This document shows, piece after piece, positions 10,803 through 19,481 of a stretch of DNA of 64,000 nucleotides. The notes under the pieces were generated by a model. It did no database searches. It had not been told where the DNA came from and saw nothing but the letters and a program-made list of their open reading frames with translations. Where the stretch lies: positions 448,001 to 512,000 of the forward strand of contig CAVPIW010000006.1 of NCBI GenBank assembly GCA_963705105.1. The letters are read 5' to 3'. The position numbers and the translations under genes are program-made. Source of the stretch: an uncultured Nitrospiraceae bacterium (lineage in GTDB: Bacteria > Nitrospirota > Thermodesulfovibrionia > Thermodesulfovibrionales > Dissulfurispiraceae). How positions within the stretch are numbered: the first letter of the stretch is position 1; every line of letters begins with the position of its first letter.

Positions 10803-11084
10803 ATGACAAAGGCGGACATCGTAAATCTCGTTTTCGAGAAGGTGGGCCTTCCGAAAAACGAGACGCAGGAAATTGTGGAAGCTGTTTTTCAGACCATCAA
10901 GCAGACGCTCATCGTTGGCGAATCGATCAAGATTACGGGCTTCGGCACGTTTCATGTTAGAAAAAAGAGCGCCCGCATCGGCAGGAATCCGAAGACGAAA
11001 GAGGAGGTCGAGATCACGCCGCGGCGGGTTGTGACTTTCAAAGCGAGCGAGCATCTCAAGGAGATCATCGAAAAGCCGTCGTAG
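10803..11084 (+). CDS. ihfA: Integration host factor subunit alpha
   Basis: IKITGFGTF, RIGRNPKT, ITPRRVVTFKAS; conserved ihfA-merR-tRNA-Pro order. Confidence 0.92.
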   Translation: MTKADIVNLVFEKVGLPKNETQEIVEAVFQTIKQTLIVGESIKITGFGTFHVRKKSARIGRNPKTKEEVEITPRRVVTFKASEHLKEIIEKPS

Positions 11085-11170
11085 CGGGATGATCTTTCAG
11101 AGTTCTTGATCATGTGTAAATCCTCCGTTCCAAGGTGGCGGAACAAACCGGGGAACGAACAGAGAAGACC

Positions 11171-11550
11171 ATGGATGATGCTCGGTCGCCCGAGACGTTG
11201 AGACTGTTTCAGGAAAAGCTCTTTTACAAGATCGGCGAAGTGAGCAGGATGCTTGGCGTCGAATCCTATGTCCTCAGGTATTGGGAAACGGAGTTTCCCT
11301 TTCTGACTCCGAGAAAGAGCAGGTCGGGGCAGCGGATATATACAAAAAATGATATCGCCTTGCTCATGGAGATCAGGCGTCTCCTCTATGAGGAGCGATA
11401 CACGATAGCGGGTGTCAGGAAAAAACTCGGTGCCGCCGTCCCTGCCGATGAGGGGGGGAAACCGGGACGACGGAGGTCGCTGTCGATGCCAGGGATGTAA
11501 TCAGGACCGTCAAGGAGCGTTTGACGGCCCTGCTGAAAAGGCTTTCATAA
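11171..11550 (+). CDS. MerR family transcriptional regulator, apparent frameshift at G7 run (11452-11458)
   Basis: [29 protein letters not shown]; as read stops at 11500; one extra G gives tail [21 protein letters not shown] ending at 11550. Confidence 0.85.
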
Positions 11551-11552
11551 AT

Positions 11553-11630
11553 CGGGGCGTAGCGCAGCTTGGTTAGCGCACTCGCTTGGGGTGCGAGAGG
11601 CCGTCCGTTCGAATCGGATCGCCCCGACCA
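11553..11630 (+). tRNA. tRNA-Pro(GGG)
   Basis: Acceptor stem CGGGGCG/CGCCCCG, anticodon arm CTCGC-TTGGGGT-GCGAG, GTTCGAATC T-loop, encoded CCA. Confidence 0.97.
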
Positions 11631-11636
11631 TCACGA

Positions 11637-11671
11637 CAGGGGGTCATGCGGGGGCACCGTATGACCCCCTG
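11637..11671 (+). terminator. Hairpin downstream of tRNA, possible terminator
   Basis: CAGGGGGTCATGCGG / CCGTATGACCCCCTG stem; no clear U tract. Confidence 0.5.
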
Positions 11672-11705
11672 GTGTCTCAAGAGGAAACCCTGGCAGTTGA
11701 GTGAA

Positions 11706-11918
11706 CATTGTAGTTGCATAGAAAGGCGTGGCGAAGCGCCTCAAAGCCTTGCTGAAGGCGACGATACTCCTCGTCAGGTTTGTGTTTCAGGATTCCACTC
11801 TTTGTGTGATCGACCTTTGGCTTGAAGGGTCATCTTCTGCGAGGGTTATGGTGTCGCCGCATCAAGGTTTTCGGCGCATACGCCCCGCCTTTCCTAAAAG
11901 TGCAGTGCAACGATAAGG
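11706..11918. mobile_element. MITE-like family 1, copy 1
   Basis: Imperfect inverted ends (..GTTGCATAGAAAGGCG.. / ..CGCCTTTC..GCAACGATAAGG) flanked by TGAA direct repeats at 11702-11705 and 11919-11922. Confidence 0.8.
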
Positions 11919-11962
11919 TGAAAAGGCAGGGCGACGTGCCTCGATCCTTGCCAAAGGCGACG

Positions 11963-12517
11963 ATGATCAACTATACGCACTTCAGATATTGCCCCCGGTG
12001 CGGAATCACGTCGATTCGTCCGCGCGGCCGCAACGCCATGGAGTGTGACGGATGCGGGTTCCTTTATTACCACAACTGCGCCGCCGCAGTCGCGGCGATC
12101 ATCGAGACGGAGAGCGGGATCGTGCTTCTCCGGAGGGCGCAACCGCCGAAAGCCGGTTTCTTCGATCTGCCCGGCGGGTTCGTCGACTACGGGGAGACCC
12201 TTGAGGCAGCCGTCGTCCGGGAGGTGGAAGAGGAAATCGGTGTGCGTCTCGAAAGGGCGCTCTATTTCCGTTCTTTCCCGAACACCTATGAGTTCCATGG
12301 CGTGACCTATATGACGACGGATGCCGTCTTTATCTGCCCGATGCCGCAAGGTTCCGCCATCCGCCCGAACGACGAGGTAAGGCAGATCGATATCCTGCCT
12401 CCTGAAAGCATTGATCACGCCCTCATCGCCTTTGATTCGATCAGCAAGGCGATCCGGTCATACACATCAGTGCTGCAAAGCCCCCCTGAAAAACACCAAA
12501 AGTCATCAGGTCATTGA
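11963..12517 (+). CDS. NUDIX hydrolase with N-terminal zinc ribbon
   Basis: CPRCG..CDGCG, Nudix box GGFVDYGETLEAAVVREVEEEIG. Confidence 0.92.
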   Translation: MINYTHFRYCPRCGITSIRPRGRNAMECDGCGFLYYHNCAAAVAAIIETESGIVLLRRAQPPKAGFFDLPGGFVDYGETLEAAVVREVEEEIGVRLERALYFRSFPNTYEFHGVTYMTTDAVFICPMPQGSAIRPNDEVRQIDILPPESIDHALIAFDSISKAIRSYTSVLQSPPEKHQKSSGH

Positions 12518-12523
12518 AATCCG

Positions 12524-12585
12524 TCATTGTGGCTGTCAGCAAGGCTTTGATGCACATCGCCCCGCCTTTTCATGCAACTGCGCTT
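12524..12585. repeat. Solo end of MITE-like family 1
   Basis: GCTGTCAGCAAGGCTTTGATGCAC..CCCGCCTTTTCATGCAAC resembles the end at 61680-61740. Confidence 0.7.
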
Positions 12586-12616
12586 GACATCAATCCGCCC
12601 CCTGTCAATCCGCCCC

Positions 12617-12645
12617 TTGACAAATAACATAAATTATGCTATTAG
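12617..12645 (+). promoter_or_regulatory. Putative promoter of the porin-cytochrome cluster
   Basis: TTGACA-N17-TATTAG with TG at the extended -10 position; CATAA-A-TTATG dyad in spacer; TCAATCCGCCCC duplicated just upstream. Confidence 0.4.
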
Positions 12646-12743
12646 TTGATGCAATAAAAGAGCGGGATTGAACTTCGCGGCTCATTCCACATTATTCAAT
12701 ATTCAGTCCCCTCACCCTGACTTTTCCCATACTCAAAAGGTAA

Positions 12744-12940
12744 CCTTATCGTTGCACTGCACTTTTAGGAAAGGCGGGGCGTATGCGTCGAAAACCCGGG
12801 TGCGGCGACACCGAAACCGTCACGGAAGACAGCGATTCAAGCCGATGTCAGAAAAAAGTGAGCCTTTTTTCTGACACTCACACTGACACTTACACTGTCT
12901 TTCAAAGCGCTTCGCCCTGCCTTTTCGTGCAACTGAAAGG
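12744..12940. mobile_element. MITE-like family 1, copy 2 (opposite orientation, hexamer tract inside)
   Basis: CCTTATCGTTGCA.. to ..TGCAACTGAAAGG, flanked by GTAA at 12740-12743 and 12941-12944. Confidence 0.85.
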
Positions 12941-13073
12941 GTAATAGACCGATTCGGCATCTGCCAAACAATGCGTCACTGACTGGAGGGAGGTGGTTCA
13001 GCAGGACAATAAACCGGTGATCATGGGTTACGTTGACAAGCAACCGAGACTTCGCCAATGAAAGGAGGGATGC

Positions 13074-14303
13074 ATGAGGAGATCACCAAACGTCATTCTC
13101 CTTATGATCTGTTTCATTCCCCTGTGCCTGCTCTCTCCTGAACCCGACAGCGCAGGCGCTGCAGAGCCTTTTCAACTGACATCTTCGACGCAGTACCTGT
13201 GGGGAGACGACCTCCTGGGAGAGAGCCAATCGATCGTCGCCCAGTACCTCAGGCTCAGTTACAAGCCTGAAGGCAAGCCTTTTTCTTTCACCGGCTACGG
13301 CAGGATCTGGCAGGACTTCGGCGACGGCGCCGTCAGGTCCGATGACTTCTCGGGGAGACTCTACTATCTCTTCATGGAGTACACGCCGACGAGGACGATT
13401 TCCCTCCGTCTGGGCAGGCAGTTCATGGCCTTCACCGCCGGCAACGCCGTCCTTGACGGCCTTCGTGTCGATTTCCACGAGATCGGCCCCATCGGCATAA
13501 CGGCGGCGGCCGGACGGGACGTCATTTTCTCCCTCGACTCTGAGCACACCCGGAACGGGAACAATTTTTTCGGCATCGACGTACATCTCGAGCGCATCAG
13601 GAACATTCAACTCGGTCTGAGTTTCGTGCTCAGGCACGACCAGTGGGAAAGGTCACGCCAGGAATACGGGATGAACTTCCGCTATAATTACAAGTTTCTC
13701 AGCCCCTACGCGGAAGTCCGGTACGACTGGCTCTCGGAGACTTTCGACGAGGCCACCTTCGGCATCGACCTCTTTCCGCTCAGCGGCCTCCTGTTCAAGC
13801 TTGAATTCTACCATTCCTATCCGACCTTCGACTCCACCTCCATTTACAGCGTCTTCGCCGTGGACAAGTACCAGGAATACCTTATCCACGGCGAATACAG
13901 CTTCGACATCCCCGTGACGGTCTATGCGTCCTACGCGAGACAGACCTATGAGAGCAGCGACAACGCGGACCGTTTCACTGTCGGATCGAGGTTCTATCCT
14001 GTAAAAAACCTGATGGTGAACGCCTCCGTCGATTACCGCAACGGGTACGGGGGCAGGCTCTGGGGCTTCGAACTCACTGGCAATTACCGGCTCATCGACA
14101 AGCTGCTCATCGCTGCGGGTATCCAGTATGATGTGTACCGGAGGCCCGAGGATGACGGCAGTAATTTTGCCCGGCGCTACTGGATCGGGGGCGAGTGGCT
14201 CATCAACAAGGCAACATCCCTTGCCGCCCGGATTGAGGACAACGTAAATGAGAACTTCGAGCACCGGCCTTTGGGGCGGATCGCTCTCAACTGGAATCTG
14301 TAG
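13074..14303 (+). CDS. Putative outer-membrane beta-barrel (porin) of a porin-cytochrome complex
   Basis: Signal peptide, aromatic-rich amphipathic beta strands throughout, LRLGRQF motif, directly upstream of two multiheme cytochromes. Confidence 0.75.
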   Translation: MRRSPNVILLMICFIPLCLLSPEPDSAGAAEPFQLTSSTQYLWGDDLLGESQSIVAQYLRLSYKPEGKPFSFTGYGRIWQDFGDGAVRSDDFSGRLYYLFMEYTPTRTISLRLGRQFMAFTAGNAVLDGLRVDFHEIGPIGITAAAGRDVIFSLDSEHTRNGNNFFGIDVHLERIRNIQLGLSFVLRHDQWERSRQEYGMNFRYNYKFLSPYAEVRYDWLSETFDEATFGIDLFPLSGLLFKLEFYHSYPTFDSTSIYSVFAVDKYQEYLIHGEYSFDIPVTVYASYARQTYESSDNADRFTVGSRFYPVKNLMVNASVDYRNGYGGRLWGFELTGNYRLIDKLLIAAGIQYDVYRRPEDDGSNFARRYWIGGEWLINKATSLAARIEDNVNENFEHRPLGRIALNWNL

Positions 14304-14321
14304 GGGAAAGGAGGGAGCCCG

Positions 14322-15086
14322 TTGAAGAAGATCGTTTTATCCATCATCGTACTCGTCGCGGCGAGTACGCTCGTCTGGGCTCAAAAAACGAGTCACACCG
14401 ACTACTCGACCGGCATGGAGATAAAGTTCTGCAACGAGTGTCACATCGTCAACAATGTGGAACCCAATCACGGCTCGTTTTGGTTCAATGAGCACCGGTT
14501 GTACAAGGAAAAGCTGCCGAGCAACTGCAACGACTGCCATGCGCACTCCTTCTGCATGGATTGTCATACCGGAGGCGGGATCGACCGCGACCTCCATGTC
14601 TCGACGTCAGGCGTCGATTACATGCCGAAGTCTCACCGGTCGGATTTCAGGGAGATCCACCCGATCAAGGCCCTTGATGATCCCCGTATGTGTTACCGCT
14701 GCCATGACGCGAAGCAGTTCTGCAACGAGTGTCACAGCAAATTCAACCGTGCCGACCTGCGTCTGGTCTCACACCGCAGGGGGTGGTCCGACCTCGAATT
14801 GAAGAAGGGTGGTGCGCGCCATTCCATCTTCAATACGGAGCAGTGCCAGACCTGCCATCCCAACGGTGTCCTGCCGAAGCACCAGTGGTCATCGGCTCAT
14901 GCGAGGGAGGCCCGCAAGAACCTTACGTCATGCCAGACCTGCCATCCCGAGGGCGATGTCTGTCTGAAATGCCACAGCACCCTGACGGGGCTCAAGGTGA
15001 ATCCCCATCCCCGCAACTGGGGCAAGGTGTCGGACCGGCTCAGATCTGCAAGCGGAAACAGGACATGCAACAGGTGTCACAGATAA
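14322..15086 (+). CDS. Periplasmic nonaheme cytochrome c
   Basis: Signal peptide and nine CxxCH: CNECH, CNDCH, CMDCH, CYRCH, CNECH, CQTCH, CQTCH, CLKCH, CNRCH. Confidence 0.93.
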   Translation: MKKIVLSIIVLVAASTLVWAQKTSHTDYSTGMEIKFCNECHIVNNVEPNHGSFWFNEHRLYKEKLPSNCNDCHAHSFCMDCHTGGGIDRDLHVSTSGVDYMPKSHRSDFREIHPIKALDDPRMCYRCHDAKQFCNECHSKFNRADLRLVSHRRGWSDLELKKGGARHSIFNTEQCQTCHPNGVLPKHQWSSAHAREARKNLTSCQTCHPEGDVCLKCHSTLTGLKVNPHPRNWGKVSDRLRSASGNRTCNRCHR

Positions 15087-15104
15087 AGAAAGGAGGGAAA
15101 GAAC

Positions 15105-17261
15105 GTGAATCATGAATGGAGACGCTTTCTAATTCCGATGTGCTGCGCGATTCTCTGCCTCGGGGTCATCGGGTGCGGGAGCAGTTCAAAGGAATCCGGA
15201 GGAGACCCTGGTGTCGCTCCCCCCACGAGGGTGGGGTCTGACACCTGCGCGAATTCGTGCCACGCTGCCACTCAGGACATTACCGGCACGGTGATATCCG
15301 TCGCCTGGTCCAACACGACCCATACCACCAGCGGCGGTGTCCAGTGCGAAGATTGCCACGGCGCCGGGAGCCTTCATTTCGGCCTTGGCCCGATACCCTT
15401 CCCGAACCCGCAGGCGGAACAGTGCAACGTCTGTCACGGGTTCACCGCTTTTAACAGTACGAGACACGCAAACGGCAACGGTGTGCCGAACGCGGAGTTC
15501 ACCCAGATCGCCACCCCTGTCAGCCAGGGGAGGCATATCGAAGAGTGCTCCGTCTGCCACAACGTCAACCAGAGGTTCGTGTTCGATTCCTCCGGGAACC
15601 TCCAAAAGCCGCGCCCGGACAGCCTGCCCACGCCTGTCGTGAATTGCGCGTCCTGTCACGATGCCCACCAGCCCCAGCAGAAGGTGGCCATCCCCCAGAG
15701 AACCGCACCGGTCGGCTACCCGATCTACCGGAAGTTCGTTCAGGACAGCACCGGCGCACAGAGCACGACAGGCACGTCTCAGGCCGCATTCATCTATCAG
15801 CCCAACGGCGCGGTCCAGGCGAACGGGACCCTTGATCCGACCAAAGTCGTCGGGAAGAACAACGAGCTGACCGTCGATCTGCTCTGCGCTGCCTGTCACA
15901 CCAAGGGACTGTACAAGAACAGCGGCGGCGTGACGCACCAGCCCGACATCCACACGCAGTGGACGCGCTCCGGCCACGGCAACAGGAACGCTCCGGCCTT
16001 TGCAGAGTTTTCTGCAAATCCCGCCGCCTACACCAACCCGTCCACCGGCCTGCCCTATGAGGACCTCAGCCATACCACGAGCTATCCCATCGACATGGCC
16101 CTCTCACGGTTCGCTGCAACCGGACCGGCCAATACGACGCAGAATGCGGGGAACAACAACTTCGCCTGCTTCAAGTGCCACAACGGACTGACGTCTCTTG
16201 CCTATCAGAACAACGTGGAGGGCACCTCGGCTGCGCCGGTCGTCTTCGGCGATTCAACAGTCACCTGCCTCACCTGTCACAACCCGCACACCGATGTATC
16301 GGGGCAGACGAAGAATACGCGGAGGCCCCTCGTCATGACGAAGTATACGTCCACGCAGATCACCTTCTCGGGCAACGTCTTTCTCGATAACACTCCTGTG
16401 CCGGCGGAGACGGGCAACGCGACGATCTGCGTCTTCTGTCACCAGGGCCGCGAGTCGGGCTTCACCCTGTTCAAACGCCGCCTCGCCGCGGACAGCACCC
16501 TGTCAGGAAACTTTTTGAATGAACACTACCTCGGCACGGGCGCCATGCTCTGGGCCAGGAACGCTTACGAGTATGCCGGAAAGCAATACGGCCAGGTCGC
16601 GCGCCACCAGCAGACCAACTGCTTCGGCTGCCATATGAACCAGACCGGCAGCAATGAGCTGGGGGGCCACAGCTGGCATATGTTCAACGAGACGACAGGC
16701 GCGTTCAACAACGGCACTTGTAACACATCCGACTGCCACAACGGCAGGGTGCCGGCGACGCGGACGGCGTTCTTCGGCTTCCGCGACACCATATTCGATC
16801 CGACCAACGATTACGACGGTGACGGCGCGCTTGAAGGCATCCCCCAGGAGATCGAGGGTCTCGCGTCCGAGTTGGTGAGCCTTCTCGCATCCAACGGCAT
16901 TGTGTATGACGACCTCGCGTATCCCTACTTTTTCCAGCCGGGGCTGCCGCATACCAATGCAAACTCCTTCCAGGCCTGGACGCTGCCGACTCTGAAGGCA
17001 GCCTTCAACCTGCAGTTCGTCATCAAGGGACTGCCGTCGTCAGCAGTCAGCCAGATCGGACAGCCGAATCCTTCGGCGGCTGCCCATAACTACCGCTATA
17101 ACATCCAGATCCTCAGGGACTCCTACGATGACCTGTGGGTGAACGCTCCCTCGGGCAGGGGGACGAACCCCGACCGTCGCAACCAGGCGAGGCCTGGAGG
17201 CACACGCCCCGCGACGAACTACGATGCCCAGTCGGGAGGCGCCTACAATCCGAGGCAGTAG
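15105..17261 (+). CDS. Lipoprotein multiheme cytochrome c, OmcB-like architecture
   Basis: Lipobox VIG-C, nine CxxCH plus CANSCH and CNTSDCH; CVFCHQGRES, YPYF, AAFN, AAHN C-terminal motifs. Confidence 0.88.
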   Translation: MNHEWRRFLIPMCCAILCLGVIGCGSSSKESGGDPGVAPPTRVGSDTCANSCHAATQDITGTVISVAWSNTTHTTSGGVQCEDCHGAGSLHFGLGPIPFPNPQAEQCNVCHGFTAFNSTRHANGNGVPNAEFTQIATPVSQGRHIEECSVCHNVNQRFVFDSSGNLQKPRPDSLPTPVVNCASCHDAHQPQQKVAIPQRTAPVGYPIYRKFVQDSTGAQSTTGTSQAAFIYQPNGAVQANGTLDPTKVVGKNNELTVDLLCAACHTKGLYKNSGGVTHQPDIHTQWTRSGHGNRNAPAFAEFSANPAAYTNPSTGLPYEDLSHTTSYPIDMALSRFAATGPANTTQNAGNNNFACFKCHNGLTSLAYQNNVEGTSAAPVVFGDSTVTCLTCHNPHTDVSGQTKNTRRPLVMTKYTSTQITFSGNVFLDNTPVPAETGNATICVFCHQGRESGFTLFKRRLAADSTLSGNFLNEHYLGTGAMLWARNAYEYAGKQYGQVARHQQTNCFGCHMNQTGSNELGGHSWHMFNETTGAFNNGTCNTSDCHNGRVPATRTAFFGFRDTIFDPTNDYDGDGALEGIPQEIEGLASELVSLLASNGIVYDDLAYPYFFQPGLPHTNANSFQAWTLPTLKAAFNLQFVIKGLPSSAVSQIGQPNPSAAAHNYRYNIQILRDSYDDLWVNAPSGRGTNPDRRNQARPGGTRPATNYDAQSGGAYNPRQ

Positions 17262-17270
17262 TAGCATGAA

Positions 17271-17292
17271 AGGGGGGGCGTCAGCCCCCCCT
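17271..17292 (+). terminator. Hairpin after cytochrome cluster
   Basis: AGGGGGGGC-GTCA-GCCCCCCCT; weak U tract. Confidence 0.55.
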
Positions 17293-17353
17293 CCGTCTTT
17301 CCCCGCATACTTTCAGGACCATTCCCTGTGCAGTTCTTTGGCGATTAATTTTT

Positions 17354-17387
17354 CTAATTGATCAATTAGCATCTTTTTTTCTATAAT
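17354..17387 (+). promoter_or_regulatory. Putative por operon promoter with palindromic operator
   Basis: TTGATC-N18-TATAAT; perfect palindrome CTAATTGATCAATTAG at 17354-17369 covering -35. Confidence 0.55.
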
Positions 17388-17433
17388 TTAATTTACCTTT
17401 GCGTCAGAAATACTGTTAGTCAGGAGAATCTCT

Positions 17434-18009
17434 ATGGCATCACGTTTGGACATTCGGTGGCATGGTAGGGGAGGCCAGGGCACGGTCACCGCGGTGAAAC
17501 TCTTCGCCGATGCCTGCCTGTCGGGAGGAAGATACGTGCAGGCATTCCCCGAGTACGGACCGGAGCGTTCGGGTGCGCCTCTCAGGGCCTATAACAGGAT
17601 CAGCTCGAGGGAGCTCAGGATGCACTGCCCGGTGAGCAAACCCGACATTGTCGTCGTCGTCGATCCGACGCTGCTCGAAAGCGTCGACATCTCCGAGGGA
17701 ACGACGGAGGGAGCCATCTTCCTCATCAATACAATGAGAGATCCCCTGGATATCAGGGAGCGGATCGAGGCGCGGCCGACTCACCGGGTCTGCACGGTTG
17801 ACGCCACGAAGATCGCCATTGAGTGTATCGGAAGGCCTATGCCGAATGCGCCGATGGTCGGTTCGCTTGCGCGAATTTCCGATGTGGTGAAGCTCGAAGA
17901 CATCCTGCAGGAGATGCAGAAACAATTCGGCAAGAAATTTTCCCAGAAAATCGTCCAGGGAAACCTTGATGCCGTGAGACGGGGATTCGAGGAGGTCAAG
18001 ATCATATGA
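17434..18009 (+). CDS. porC: Pyruvate:ferredoxin oxidoreductase gamma subunit
   Basis: IRWHGRGGQG, AFPEYGPERSGAP. Confidence 0.92.
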   Translation: MASRLDIRWHGRGGQGTVTAVKLFADACLSGGRYVQAFPEYGPERSGAPLRAYNRISSRELRMHCPVSKPDIVVVVDPTLLESVDISEGTTEGAIFLINTMRDPLDIRERIEARPTHRVCTVDATKIAIECIGRPMPNAPMVGSLARISDVVKLEDILQEMQKQFGKKFSQKIVQGNLDAVRRGFEEVKII

Positions 18010-18299
18010 AACTCAAGGGATGGAAACAGCTCGCCCCCGGTTCGCTCATTATCGAGCCCGCCAGCGCTTTGCGCTTCGAGACAGGGAGCTGGAGGGCCTT
18101 CAGGCCCGTCTGGCTGGAAGAGAACTGTATCCAATGCCTGTTCTGCTGGATCTACTGCCCTGACATGGCCGTCGTCGTGCACGAAGGCAAAAGGGCCGAG
18201 TATGATTACGACTACTGCAAAGGCTGCGGCATCTGCGCGCTCGAGTGTCCCGGGAAAAAGGGGAAGAAGGCGATCATCATGGAGGAGGAGGGCAAATAA
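18006..18299 (+). CDS. porD: Pyruvate:ferredoxin oxidoreductase delta subunit (2x4Fe-4S)
   Basis: TGSWR, CIQCLFCWIYCP, CKGCGICALECP. Confidence 0.93.
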   Translation: MKLKGWKQLAPGSLIIEPASALRFETGSWRAFRPVWLEENCIQCLFCWIYCPDMAVVVHEGKRAEYDYDYCKGCGICALECPGKKGKKAIIMEEEGK

Positions 18300-19480
18300 T
18301 GGCGGAGATTGTAGCCGTAACAGGAAATGAGGCTGTTGCGAATGCGTTGCGACAGGCCAGTCCTGATGTCTGTGCGGCCTATCCCATAACGCCGGCAACG
18401 GACATTATGCAGCGTTTCACGAGCTATGTCTCGAACGGTCAGGTCAAGACCGAAATGATCCTCGTCGAAAGCGAGCACAGTGCCATGAGCGCCTGTGTCG
18501 GCGCTTCCGCCGCCGGCGGACGCGTCATCACGGCGACATCCTCCCAGGGACTCGCCCTCATGTGGGAAATCCTCCCCATCGCATCGAATGCCCGGCTCCC
18601 GATCATCATGCCGCTCGTGAACAGGGCGCTGTCGGGACCGATCAACATCCACTGCGATCACTCCGACGGAATGGCTGTGAGGGATACGGGCTGGATCCAG
18701 CTCTGGTCGGAAAACGCCCAGGAGGCCTACGATAACACGATCCAGGCCTTCAGGATCGCGGAAAATATGAGCATCAGGCTCCCCGTCATGGTTTGCATGG
18801 ACGGCTTCATTATCAGCCATTCCATTGAACGGCTCGAGTATCTGGACGACACGGATGTGAGCATGTTCATCGGCGATTATAAGCCAACTTATCCGCTGCT
18901 GGACGTCGACCATCCGGTGAGCTTCGGGCCTCTCATCCTGACCGACTTCTACATGGAGGTGCGAAGGGCGCACCAGGAGGTCATGACAAGGGTGCCCCAC
19001 ATCGCCTGTGAGGTGGCACAGGAATTCAGCATGTTCTCCGGCAGGCAGTACGGGCTCTTTGAGGCCTACGGACTGGAGGACGCGGACATCGGCATCGTGA
19101 TCATGAACTCGGCTGCCGGGACGGCGAAGGACGTGATCGATGAATTCAGGGGCAGCGGTATCAAGGCAGGGCTGCTGAAGCCGCGGCTCTTCAGGCCCTT
19201 CCCCTATGAGGCGATCGGTGAGTCCCTCAAGCACCTCAAGGCTGTCTGTGTGCTCGACAGGGCCGACGCCTTCGGCGGGTCCTACGGACCGTTGTTCATG
19301 GAGATTGCTGCAAGTCTCAATCCCTACCGTGAGCGTCCTATCGTGATCAATAAAATATATGGTTTAGGCGGAAGGGATTTCCTGCCCGAGCACGTCGAGA
19401 AGGTCCTGAATGAACTCGTCGGCGTCGCAAAGAGGGGAAGAGTAAAAACCTTCAAGGAATACATCGGGGTGAGGGAGTAA
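18299..19480 (+). CDS. porA: Pyruvate:ferredoxin oxidoreductase alpha subunit
   Basis: GNEAVA, AYPITP, VESEHSAMS, ATSSQGL, YGLGGRD. Confidence 0.95.
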   Translation: MAEIVAVTGNEAVANALRQASPDVCAAYPITPATDIMQRFTSYVSNGQVKTEMILVESEHSAMSACVGASAAGGRVITATSSQGLALMWEILPIASNARLPIIMPLVNRALSGPINIHCDHSDGMAVRDTGWIQLWSENAQEAYDNTIQAFRIAENMSIRLPVMVCMDGFIISHSIERLEYLDDTDVSMFIGDYKPTYPLLDVDHPVSFGPLILTDFYMEVRRAHQEVMTRVPHIACEVAQEFSMFSGRQYGLFEAYGLEDADIGIVIMNSAAGTAKDVIDEFRGSGIKAGLLKPRLFRPFPYEAIGESLKHLKAVCVLDRADAFGGSYGPLFMEIAASLNPYRERPIVINKIYGLGGRDFLPEHVEKVLNELVGVAKRGRVKTFKEYIGVRE

Positions 19481-19481
19481 C

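Noticed and set aside
11822..11962. N-terminal extension of the NUDIX ORF (likewise apbE 58692-58850 and short SVSVSV/TLTLTL ORFs)
   Set aside because: They translate MITE and hexamer repeat DNA; the same pseudo-peptides recur at each copy
12945..13060. Cyclic dinucleotide or ZTP riboswitch before the cytochrome cluster
   Set aside because: Consensus elements not recognisable by eye; an Infernal search would be needed
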